A stretch of 64,000 nt of DNA from Geosiphon pyriformis uo1. Its lineage: Eukaryota > Fungi > Glomeromycota. This document shows positions 53,181-64,000 of this stretch, piece by piece (the stretch's first letter is position 1; each line of letters starts with the position of its first letter). The position numbers and the translations under genes are program-made. The notes under the pieces are model-generated. The model ran no database searches and had not been told where the DNA came from. It worked only from the letters and a program-made list of their open reading frames with translations. The stretch covers positions 197,898 to 261,897 of the forward strand of contig JAAOMT010000608.1 of the NCBI GenBank assembly GCA_016748015.1. Direction: 5' to 3'.

Positions 53181-56128
53181 TAAAAGACGCATGAATTGTG
53201 TTATTTTAAAGTTTGAATTTAAATTTATCAAGATAAAAATTGTGTATTTTCAAATAACAATGCACAAATAAAATTGCAAATTTGACATTAGCATAGCTAT
53301 TGATAGCTTGGAAGAATTGAATTTTAAGTTTTAGCAGGAATTATGAAAAATTATTTCTATCAAATATTGCTAATATGCTAAATAATACTTCTATAAATAA
53401 ATGACGAATTTTTAAATACAATGGGTCACAGAAGAAATCGAACAGTAAAATAATTCAAATTATTTATTATTATTTTTATTTAAGAGTTGTATACAAAACA
53501 GGAAATTCATTTTAATTATCAAGACTTCAAAGTAAATTGGTATTAATAATATTTTCTTTAAAATTCTGAATTCTTAAAACTTCTGCACGAGAAAATGAAA
53601 ACATATATTTGGTTGTACAAATATTTAAAAATGAATAATATGTTATTCAATTCATTGATTTTGAAAAATATTTAATTATCATTAAAGTAAAAAAAAAACA
53701 AGGTCTTTTTTTGCCTAATTTTATTCAAAATTAATTTTTGTATTCAATTTATTGAAATTTATATCTAATAAAATGAACAATGAAATAAAAATATATAAAA
53801 GGGTAAATAAGATTATATTATTTATAAATATCAGAATTTATTTATAAATTATATAATATTTAGTCAAAAAACAAGATTATTAATTTTTAATATTTAAATC
53901 AATGTGAAATACTTATTGCTAAATTTAAATAGTTAAATAAAATTATCTTATTTCTATTTAAAAAAAAAATTTAGAACTTTTTTTATGTTTAATTTCTCCT
54001 GTAAATCTGTGAATCATTGTATATTCATATAAAAGAACAAAATTTATTACAAAATTGCTTTTGATATTGTTTCAGAAAGGAGACTTAATTTAAAAGTTTT
54101 TGCTTGATCATACCCATGTTGAGTTCTCAAAGAAAAAAAATATTATCCGGCTAAAATCGAGGACTTTGAAAATGAGGTGTATTTTGATTATTTACCATCT
54201 TGTATAATAATGATGTGATGCATTTTGTTCCTTCCCACAACAGTATTAAAAGCTTTTATTAGTATTATTATATTAATAAAGATATTATTTATTTTAAAAT
54301 TAACACTTAATATTATACATAAAGCTAATAATAATATTGTTTTTCTCGCAAATTCAGAAACACCTTTTTATTTGAAAGACTAAATCAGCATCTTATTTCA
54401 AAATTCTTTAAAATTTAAAGCTTTCGTGTTATGTAAATCAGATTTCTATTATAGCAGCAAATCAGGTTTGTTACCTAAAATTGAAAAATTTCATGAGGTT
54501 GTATTTCTAATGACGATTCGAACTTTACTTTCTATAAATTTTTCAATGAATGAATAATTTTTCATTTCGAAAATCATACTTTATAAGTAAATAAAAGTCT
54601 AAGGAGAGATCTCTGAATAAAAAGTTAAATTTTAAAAAATACCCTTATGATATGCCTCACTAGAAATATTTTATCCTATTTTTTTTATTCAAAACTTTGG
54701 TAATCTCGCCACATTTTAATTAAAAGGCTTAAAAACTCTTAAAAATTTTCAACATCAGAATTTATTATACCTAATCTTAATATATATTATATATGTAATA
54801 AATATTTAAATTCAAAATATAAGGCTCTAACAAATAAACCTTTTCTGATGAATATCCATTGTTCTTTTACTGCATTATTATTTGTATTTTTGATGCAGGG
54901 TTAAAAATATTGGAGATTTAAATCGTGAACTTCTTTTCTTGTTTGGTTCACTTAATATTTGGATCTCTTTTTAAAGTTCCAAGCTAAAAGCTCTGGTGAA
55001 GCTTTATACACATGAAACCTTAAAAGAAACACTAAAAAGTTTTTAATTAATTGATCTTTTATATTTTAAACCGTGTGAAAATAAAATTATTTATATTATA
55101 TAATAATTTTCGAATTTTTTGCATTGTTTTTTCGTTGAAATAGGGTCAACCTGCACAATTCAGTATACTTTTTCTTAAGAGTAAATCCAAAAAAAGAGGG
55201 TTTCAAAATTTTTAAGGATAAAGTGCTTTTCAATTTTACTAATTTGCTATTTTCTTTGTTTCACTCATTAATTATTTAAATTTTATTGGTCTCATTTTGC
55301 TAAAGATAAATAATTTATAATAAAAATCTATTTCAAACAAATTATCTAATTAACATGAAAACTTATATTTAGGTTCACCATAAATTTTAAATATATGAAT
55401 TTGTTCAAATTGTGTAAAGAGACCAGTATTATATTCAAAACTTAATTTGAATTCAAGAAATTTTGTTTTAAAATACTAATATCAAATAACTTTAATAAAT
55501 GTAATATTTATTAAAAAGGTTCAAATGCTTGTTAATATTGTTATTTGCATCAAAATATTATGAAATTATCTTTTTAATTTTCATTATTCATTTAAAATAA
55601 CAATGAATTAAAAAAAATTCAAAATGCATTCAAATTTTTTTTTGAATAGCTTTAAAATTTTAAGAACTTTAATAATATTTACAAGTAAAAGCTCAAAAGA
55701 GAAACTGCATCTGTTGATCAAACTTTTATTATTAATACCTTAATGACATTATTAAAAAAAATATTGCTCAAAAAGATGGGGTTTTATATAAGCATAAGAT
55801 ACTTACTTAATCATAATGCAAATTCAAACTTGTTTGACTTCTAAAATTTTATTGGTTTATTGATTTAACTAATAAATTCTTAATTCCACAAAACTCTCTT
55901 AATTATTAATTCTCACCAATAATACCGAAAATGGTTATTCAGCCTTCAATCAAGTTTAAATGGACAAAGCTAGAAAAAAACAAAAAAAGCCACTTCAGAT
56001 AAGCAAAGCCTCTCAAAAATTCATTGCCACTAAAAAAAACATGATATCGATAAATAGAAAATCAATTTCGACGTCTGGTTTCTGAACACTTTTAAAGTTG
56101 AATTCACTGATTGCTTACACACACAAAA

Positions 56129-56522
56129 ATGAATTTTAGATCTCTTTTGTGCCGTTACAACCTTTTTATGATTTCCCTTTTCCTGAGTTATGTTATGTTA
56201 ATCAATTCATTGCCAGTTTCTGATATAGCCGAAGGTTCACAGTCAGTGAACCAATACAGTAATGATAACGGTAATGGTAACAACGGTCCACAAAATGAAA
56301 ATTTTGACAGCAAAAATTATGAAGGAAGTATCAACAGGGATTCAAATATTAATGGTAAATATAATGCGCAATCTTTTAATAGAAATAGGATTTATTAACA
56401 GAAACTTTTAAAATGAAGGACAACAAAATGATGACAATAACGACGATGAATTTAATGATCCTGAAGATAATCTCATTTTTGTAACCGTCGAAGATATCTG
56501 GGGTATAGGTTTCTTTAGTTAG
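56129..56522 (+). CDS. Small secreted Asn/Asp-rich protein, 2 exons, ~110 aa
   Basis: Signal FMISLFLSYVMLINS-LP; donor G|gtaaat ~56355; acceptor aag| 56418; exon 2 GQQNDDNNDDEFNDPEDNLIFVTVEDIWGIGFFS*. Confidence 0.7.
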
Positions 56523-57519
56523 CCCTTGAACAATCATGTCAATCAAGCAGCATTTTCTTATCCTTTAATGTGGAAAGTTATTTTTTTTCAATAATGCAAC
56601 GAATTCTCTATTAATAAAATCTGTTGTTTTCAAACAATTTAGTCCAACTGTTTGGGCACATCAATAGTTTATTTTTTTTCCAGTTTTTTTTGTATATTAA
56701 ATAAAAATTAATGAACTTAATTTGTATTGATATGAAATTATTATAAAAATACATGTTTATGTAAGAAAAACTATTCATTAATAGCTTACATTTATTTTAA
56801 AGAAATCAATTATTCCAAAATTAAAGGTAAAATTTTTACTTGGTGTGATTATTGTATTCAAGGATGCTTCTAAATATAGGCATTTTCTTTTTTCTATTTC
56901 AATTTCAAAGAAAAATTAATCGGTTAATCAGGCTATATTTGCTAACAAAAAATTGTCATTTTTGAAATAAATTGCAAGAAAATAGTGTAATCTGAACTTT
57001 GATTCACTAAAAAACGAATTGAAGCTGGAAGAAATTTAACCAAAGTGAGTTCAAATATGGAAACGTTAATATTAAAATATTTACCAATAAGTTCTTTATT
57101 GAAAATAGGGTTTTTTATAGAATTTATATCATTCCGAGAATTTTTTTTGGAAATTCTAAAAATCACAATTGAAAAAATCTTTGACTCATGATGTTTGACA
57201 AAGTTTTTATCACTAAAGTATACTTTGAAAAACTTTTTATTTTAATTTTTATTCAGAATATTATAAAGATTCTTTCAAATGATATAAAATTTTAAATACT
57301 TGGGGCTTTCATTTATAAGCTTATTGATAATTCCACCCAAGCTAAGAATTTTTGTAAAATTAACATTCATAAGATGCCTTAAAAAAAAAATTTCGAAATT
57401 GTCTTATTTTTTAATAAAAGCATCAAATATTCGGCTTCTCAAGCTTACTCTTGTTCACTTAGTTTCAAGTGAGTTAGGGAAACAAAAAACCAATAATTTT
57501 TTTTTATGAAAATTAATAG

Positions 57520-57898
57520 AAAAATGTCTAAAAATCACTAAATTTTGTCTCACTCCTCTCAGCCCTAATTCTCTCAATATTGTTTTTATCTCGTTAACCT
57601 TTTCTGCGAGTACACCGAAAATTTACCGATTAAACCAATATTATAACTTTGTAGACGATAAAACCCAATATCCTGATTTATCACACTACAGTTTCGTGGT
57701 GCATGGATATAAGTTTAAATTGAAATTATTGTATGTGACATTAAAGCGAGCGGCCAATCCAGCCCTTTGAATCTATACCCCTTTATCACATAATAATTTG
57801 GCATTGGAAAAAGGTATACGTGGCCATGTTGATGTTTCAGGTTCTGGTGGTAATCTAACCGTTACTTATAAAAGAATGTTATTGGAGTTAGAACTCAT
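57520..57898 (-). pseudogene. Possible decayed coding sequence of unknown family
   Basis: Higher-GC island with one protein-like frame (MSSNS...RLPPEPETSTWPRIPF...GYWVLSS...YWFN...EIKTILRELG) broken by TAA/TAG stops. Confidence 0.3.
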
Positions 57899-59344
57899 TA
57901 TATTAATACTAATTATGTTAAAAGAGGTTGAATTTGAAAGATTTTATTTTAAATAAATGAATATGTAATTAGGTTAGAAAAAAGTAGGTGCAAGTTCAAA
58001 TCTCTTGTAAATAATTCTTTCTTAAAATGGCAAAGGTAGGAGGGTAAATAGTTTGTAGAAATGCATGTATTTAGGTAAAAGATTAGCCATCAATAACTTT
58101 ATCATTTTTAACAAACCAAGATTTTTTAAAAAGTCGTAAGGCTAATATTTATAAAAGAATTATCTCTAGCCCTCTTAAAATTTTCTTTAATATCTTAAAT
58201 ATCTCAGACATTATTAAGTATGCTTCAAATTTACATGATTAATTAAATCTTTTAATAAAAATAAAATTATTGAAATCAAAAGAAAATGGTAAACTTGATA
58301 TCGGGCAAATGAATAAACTTTGATTGTTAAAAATATTATATTTTATTATATTAGTTTTTTTATTTTATTTTTAGCATTTTTTTACTTTTAAATATTGGTA
58401 TTTAGAATAATTATTTTTAGGATTGATTTTTTTATTTTATTAAATATTTTATAAACTTTCTGATTTTGAGCAATATTTTTTTAAAATCTTTTAAAATATT
58501 TAAAATAATTATTATTGTTTTTATAAAAACTATTAGAATGTACAATTTTCAATATTGAAAATTCAATTTCAACAAAATTAAGATAAATTTTTTTAAAAAA
58601 TATATCAACTGAACTATAACTAATTATCAGTTTCAATTTTTTTTACACGTCAAAATATATTATATAATTTATAATATATCATGAAAATAGTCAAGGTAAA
58701 AAATATATTAACTTTAAAATATTATGTTATACTTTAAACAATTTTTACTTATTTAGGTTGAATTAAAATTGTAAATAAACAAAATTTTTCTTGAAATATG
58801 GTTGAAAAATTTAGCAAATGATTCTCAAAATATTTTTTTCTTAAATATAGAATTTCATTATTTATTCGGTTTCTAGAATTTTATATTTTTAACAGCGTGA
58901 CCCAAAAACGTGCAATGGGATTGTTTATTGAATAGAGTTGTTTTGTTTTCGAAAGATGGTGTGGAGAATTGAGAATGATGAATCTCATCACGAGGACTCT
59001 GAAACAACTATTAGTCCGTAACGTTTCAGATTTATATAAAAACACCTAGTTCTTAGGATTGCATGTGATCGTGTACAATCCCAAATATTATGAATAAAAA
59101 TTTTCCAACACATCAATTCTTGTCCACTTTAACAATATGATATGCCTTGTCGAGACTGATTGGCATGATTCATCAAATCCAAGTTTTGTGTTTATCAAAC
59201 ATTCTAAATACGAAGAAATTTAGTCAGTCATCCATTCCTACTAATCATAATAGCAAGGCGAAAACTATAAAATTAATTGAATCGCCAAAAAATTTCTGGT
59301 CATTTCTTGGCCTCAGATTTGTGAGACCAAAAGTAATTAGCACC

Positions 59345-59839
59345 ATGTTATCGAAATCGCCTTCATCACTATCGAAGGCTAAAAATTTCATACAAGAATC
59401 AAATGTTTTATTCTCACTTTTTTTGACGATTTCATTTTTTGTTTTCTTAACTTCCACGATTGTCGGCTCCATGCCGATTTCATCATTTCTTAATGAAGAT
59501 AATCTTTACATTGATGACATATTCATTGATCCTAATAAAATTAGCCAATCAATAGAACCCTTGATAAGACCAGAAGAACCATTTGACAAAACTGATGATT
59601 ATCCAAACCAGTTATCAAAACTTCCTAAAAAATCCCAGCCTCCAAACAACGATAATAATCTCCAAAAGGAGCCATTAAACTTTTTCCTTGATCACTACTT
59701 GGAAGATATCTTGCACCCAAAATCCCCACCACAAAATTTGCCAGTACCACAAAAATTGCCACCTTTTCGATTGAGAATAAATCCACAGCCTCCTCAAAGT
59801 AGCCCCGTAGTAATTCCAACACCAACTATGAACAATTAA
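59345..59839 (+). CDS. Secreted or anchored Pro-rich low-complexity protein
   Basis: ORF with hydrophobic VLFSLFLTISFFVFLTSTIVGS-MP followed by an Asp/Pro/Gln-rich tail. The ATG at 59345 is preferred over the upstream TTG. Confidence 0.65.
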   Translation: MLSKSPSSLSKAKNFIQESNVLFSLFLTISFFVFLTSTIVGSMPISSFLNEDNLYIDDIFIDPNKISQSIEPLIRPEEPFDKTDDYPNQLSKLPKKSQPPNNDNNLQKEPLNFFLDHYLEDILHPKSPPQNLPVPQKLPPFRLRINPQPPQSSPVVIPTPTMNN

Positions 59840-60349
59840 AAATTTTCTGAATCTTAGAATATAAGACAATGTATATTGACGTGTTTAATTACAAATTTGA
59901 ATCGAATGAGAATTCGGGATTCTAGTTTCCTTTAAAGTTTAAATGATTCAAAGACGAGTTTCCCGATTATTTAAATGATTAAATCTCGAAATTTCGGTAA
60001 AAATATCTTTTAATATTTTTAAATTCTAGTCTCCAAATTAATAACATTTTTTATTATATTAATTTAGAAGAATCATTATTACTAGATTTAAAATCAATGA
60101 CGATAGAAGATACTACCAATTAGTATATAAGACAATTAGGAAGAACCATAAGCTAACTTCGAAAAAAATAAGGCACATAAAAATTTGGCAAAACCTTCAT
60201 GGATATGTAAACTGCAAATACTATCAATGAAGTAATTAGAAATAATTCGAATTAGCAAGTCTACATGCCTACATGCCTGTATTACTCATCTCCATAATCC
60301 GTTAATGTTAACACTATTTTGGATGATAACAAGCATGTTTTATGGCCTT

Positions 60350-62690
60350 TTCATTTCAAAACTTAATAATATTAAGTGATCAACGTGACATTTATCACTG
60401 AGCTGGATGTTTGAATTTCTTGGGTTTTTCAGGTGTGTCCAATGTCTTGGAGATGAATAAAGAAGGTGGTGATTCTGGGGTTAACTTAAGTTGGCGCGAA
60501 ATCCGTATTGATGATATTGTTATTTCCTCCAAAATCATAACCGATTGATCTATTCAAGACTGATTAAATTTAACATTAGATTTCTGCAGTATAGATACCG
60601 GCTCTTTAACAATAGCATATATTACCTTTAATGACATAAGTGAATGGATCATTAGTGGTAACGATAGCAAATCCTTAGGCAATCGTGGAATGTCGAAGCT
60701 GATCATGTTCTCGAAACGGTAAAGATGCTTATGTGGCATATCCAAGGCATAAATATATGCTTTCCAACCTAAGATGTACATTAAAAGATTTAATATCAGA
60801 ATTACTTAAATTACTTTAAAACAGCTCCATTATTCCTGAAAATTATTAAGTAAAACTTACTAAACACTTGCAATCCGAATACCTTCATTTTCTTGAATAT
60901 ATTCACATCACCATGCTTTGCTCTGTAGGCAATTAAATTTAACATATCCTTCATTCCCTTTTAAATTTTAATTTTATCATCTCCAAAATGGTCAAGATTA
61001 TTTATATATGGTGGTCCACTAATTCACAAATCATCAGCTCCTGTTCATTATGGCTCCGCAACGCCACAATTATAACTGTTAGTTGGCCCATTCTTCTCCT
61101 AATGTTTGGCCCTAGTTCCTGATTACGCCTAAATAATGATGCCTTTAATCCAATCTCTCCTACTCTGATAATGTACTTAGCATCAAACAGGTCTTGCAAG
61201 GCTGGAGCAATAATTAACGTAAGCAGTGTATTTTCGCTCATGTCATTATCCAGAAGTGGGCTTGGAACCTTGGTCATTTTTTTCACACTATAATTAAATG
61301 TAAGTTTACATTTTGTATAAAAATATATTTATTTTTTTATAAACAAAACAGTAAAATAAAAAAGTCAATAACATACAAGTTTTCATATGTCCATAGAACA
61401 TATAAAAGATCAATTTTTAAAGGTTGTTGTGTCTGCCGAATTGTGACCCTCAACTGAAAAAGTGCTTCTTCAAGGCTCTCAATAGACTTATAATAATATT
61501 GTGCATACACATTAAATATGAGTGGACAAAAGCTTTATATATTCTCAAGACATTAAAAATAAAATTCAACATACTTTTTTGTCCAGCTTGCTAAGCCAAT
61601 CTTCTACTTCATTCAATAATACAAATTTATCCATACACATATTACTCTGCAGTTTTCTCCATAACTGAAAAGAAAACCTTGATTTTATGGTATCATGTTC
61701 TCTGCTTTCACTAAGATCAAGAATATTATAAAAAGCAGCTCTATATAAAAATAAAGTTACAAATTTATAGTTAATAAAGTAAACATATTCAGAGCTTAGA
61801 GCTACGTATAAATATGATAATACAAACTCGTAGATTCCTAGTCCTTTCTGTTCCTCGACCTTGGCAGATATTTTAACTCCATCAACAATATAAGAGTTAT
61901 CCTATATTAAGTGAGTTAAAATATTTACAATTGTTTGTTTCTTTTGAAACTAAAATCAAGAAAACAAGACATACCAAAATTTTTATCAATGATAGCTCTT
62001 CTTTCTCATCCTTTTTTTGAAAACGCATCATATTCTATATCAATAAAAAGGGATATAAGACTTACATTATAGAATGCTTTCCACTTCAAGCCAGCAGAAG
62101 AATTCCGAATGTCTGTTAATCATTGGATTTGCACAGAGTATGGCTTCGTGCTCCCAACATGACATAACATGCCACACCATAATGAAATTGAAGCTAAACA
62201 ACGCGACACTTTTCTTTCACATCCAGATTAACCCAAATAGCCAGCAGAAATTTTTTTCCAATATTATATGAAAAAAGAAGAAACTATATACTTACTTCGA
62301 CTTCACTTTCATATTCCTTCCAAATGTTTGCGAGTGTCATAGCTTCAATTTCTTCACTAAAAGAACAAATGGCAAGTAAATACAATAAGCAAGATTAAAA
62401 AGTCAAAGATGATTTTATTAAAAGTTACATATTTTCTTTTGTTTCCTGCAATAGCAATACCAAAAAAACATATTAACTATGTATATGTAGAAGTTTCAAA
62501 AAAATTAAAATAAAATAAATTTTTAGCTACCTTTTTTGCCTCTTGTACTGCCTGCTTGCTTTCAATCTTCTTGTCCAAAAAAGTATTCTTTGGTTTTCCA
62601 ATGCTTCCATTCCTATTAAATAAATATATATAAATACTGCAGTGGGCCAAAGAAGATGAAAGACCAATGTTCTTATGATGCCTCTTCATA
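60350..62690 (-). pseudogene. Decayed multi-exon gene of a fungal REase-like (PD-(D/E)xK-type) repeat family
   Basis: MSENTLLTLIIAPALQDLF...VGEIGLKASLFRRNQ...RRRMG...ELMICE, DDKIKI*KGMKDML, VFGLQV, GWKAYIYALDMP..LYRF...IP; contains stops and frameshifts. Family assignment is from motif recollection. Confidence 0.6.
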
Positions 62691-62749
62691 ATTGTACCAA
62701 CTTTTGTTGTGTACAAATAAAGTAGGTATATTGGTGAGTGTTTATAAAG

Positions 62750-62965
62750 AATTTTTTTTCAACCAGAAGTCACCAAGCTAACTCTGTGATTAATTAATTT
62801 TCTTTAAAATAAAAATTCTCAACCAGTCGTCACCAAGCTAAATTTATTTTTTGATTAATTTTCTTTTAATTAAAATTTTCAACCAGACGTCACCAAGCTA
62901 ACTCAGTGATAAATTAATTTTTTGATTAATTAATTTTCTTTAAATTAAAAATTTTCAAGCCGATT
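62750..62965. repeat. 60-bp tandem repeat, 3 copies plus a partial copy
   Basis: AACCAGnnGTCACCAAGCTAA starts at 62761, 62821 and 62881; a degenerate fourth start (ttttcaagccga) is near 62955. Confidence 0.88.
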
Positions 62966-63311
62966 CTTAAAAGTTGAGGGCTTATAAACTTTATAATTCT
63001 CTAATTTCTAAAATTCAGTTTTTCGTTTTATTGTCAATTTAAAAAACATAATTCATTTCATCTGTAAAGTTGTGAAACTTGAAATTTTTTTATAATTGCA
63101 AAAATACCTTCATTGTTAGTGTTATTATTTCTGAAAGTTTAAAAATCTTTAAAAATCCTAGAATCATTAAACTAATTTTGGTCATAACGATTTCGCTCTT
63201 AGGATAAGTTCTTAAATATGTAAATTATTCTGAATCAAGTTAAACCTACTTTTGCTAAGTTTTATCAAGAGGAATAAAGCCTTCAATAGGGTTTGAAGGA
63301 ACTTTTAAATT

Positions 63312-64000
63312 CTAATCACAATCTGTAATTATCATATCAAAATAAGGTCCATCGTGATCCTCTGGATTTTCACGCTTGTCTTTGTTAATACAATTCTAAT
63401 AAAAATCCCAAGTTTTATTGATAACCCAAGTTAATAACTTATAATTAAAAGTTAATAGGTTTGATAAATAAGATTTTAAAACTTTTACCTGATCCTTCTC
63501 TATAATTCCTGAAGCTGCATTGGTAGCCCCACAAATTATAACTTCATCTTTGACACCACTCTGAAGATACTTCTCGTCTTTAGAGTCTGCTGGTTCTCGT
63601 GGGATATTATCTTGCTTATTAGTGAATCGTACAGATTTTACAAGACTTGAAACAAATTTTGCGTAAGCTTCGTTGCCAATCCGTGGTTTTCCAAAAGAAA
63701 ATATTTCGATCGATATTGAACGCCTGAGGGTTTTGGCGAGAGAAATGGCAGTAAATTCAGCATATACTGGAAATTAATCAAATGTTTAATTTTTAATTTC
63801 TAAAATAAAGCTCATTTATTTATTTTGGACTTGATGAGGTAAAATAAACCATCTATTCTTGCTTACCACTAGCGATACCATATCCATTAAACTGGAGGGT
63901 TACCAAATTCGGGAGTGATTCAATTTTTTCTTGCAGACGTTTGATATCCTTATCTACCAATTTCAAATATTTCTGATAGAAACCATTGTGAACTTTGGCA
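63312..64000 (-). CDS. Class-3 lipase-like protein L12, 5' end outside the window; degenerate elbow FNGYGIAS
   Basis: AKVHNGFY; LQFNGYGIAS then intron; FSFGKPRIGN; RFTNKQDNIPREP; last exon NCINK...DHDGPYFDMIITDCD*. Confidence 0.88.

Noticed and set aside
62750-62965. CRISPR-like repeat/spacer look
   Set aside because: The 'spacers' are similar to each other, there are no cas genes, and the context is eukaryotic; it is a tandem repeat.

Overview
AT-rich, intron-containing fungal genomic DNA. Most ORF-track entries are single exons or noise, so I rebuilt gene models by eye from GT..AG introns; exon boundaries are approximate. A decayed TKL-kinase/Sel1 gene, a REase-like family remnant and the base composition suggest Glomeromycota or a related Mucoromycota fungus (inference). 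The dominant feature is an array of 12 class-3 lipase-like genes (L1-L12). Eight of them have the catalytic Ser of G-x-S-x-G replaced by Gly (GHGIGG x4, GHGVGG, GFGIGG, GYGFGG, GYGIAS), yet the exons I read are open and spliceable and keep the triad Asp and His. Four keep Ser (GFSLGG x2, GYSLGG, GHSLGG). This looks like a selected family of secreted or surface pseudo-lipases beside active paralogs. Also present: a malonyl-CoA decarboxylase gene, a SAM methyltransferase, a DUF4097-like membrane protein, an inverted duplication with ~3.4-3.9 kb arms carrying L1/L2, a degraded Tc1/mariner transposase, an intronless Cys-rich/Ig-like secreted protein, small secreted orphans, a 60-bp tandem repeat and a 20-N gap with a duplicated flank.
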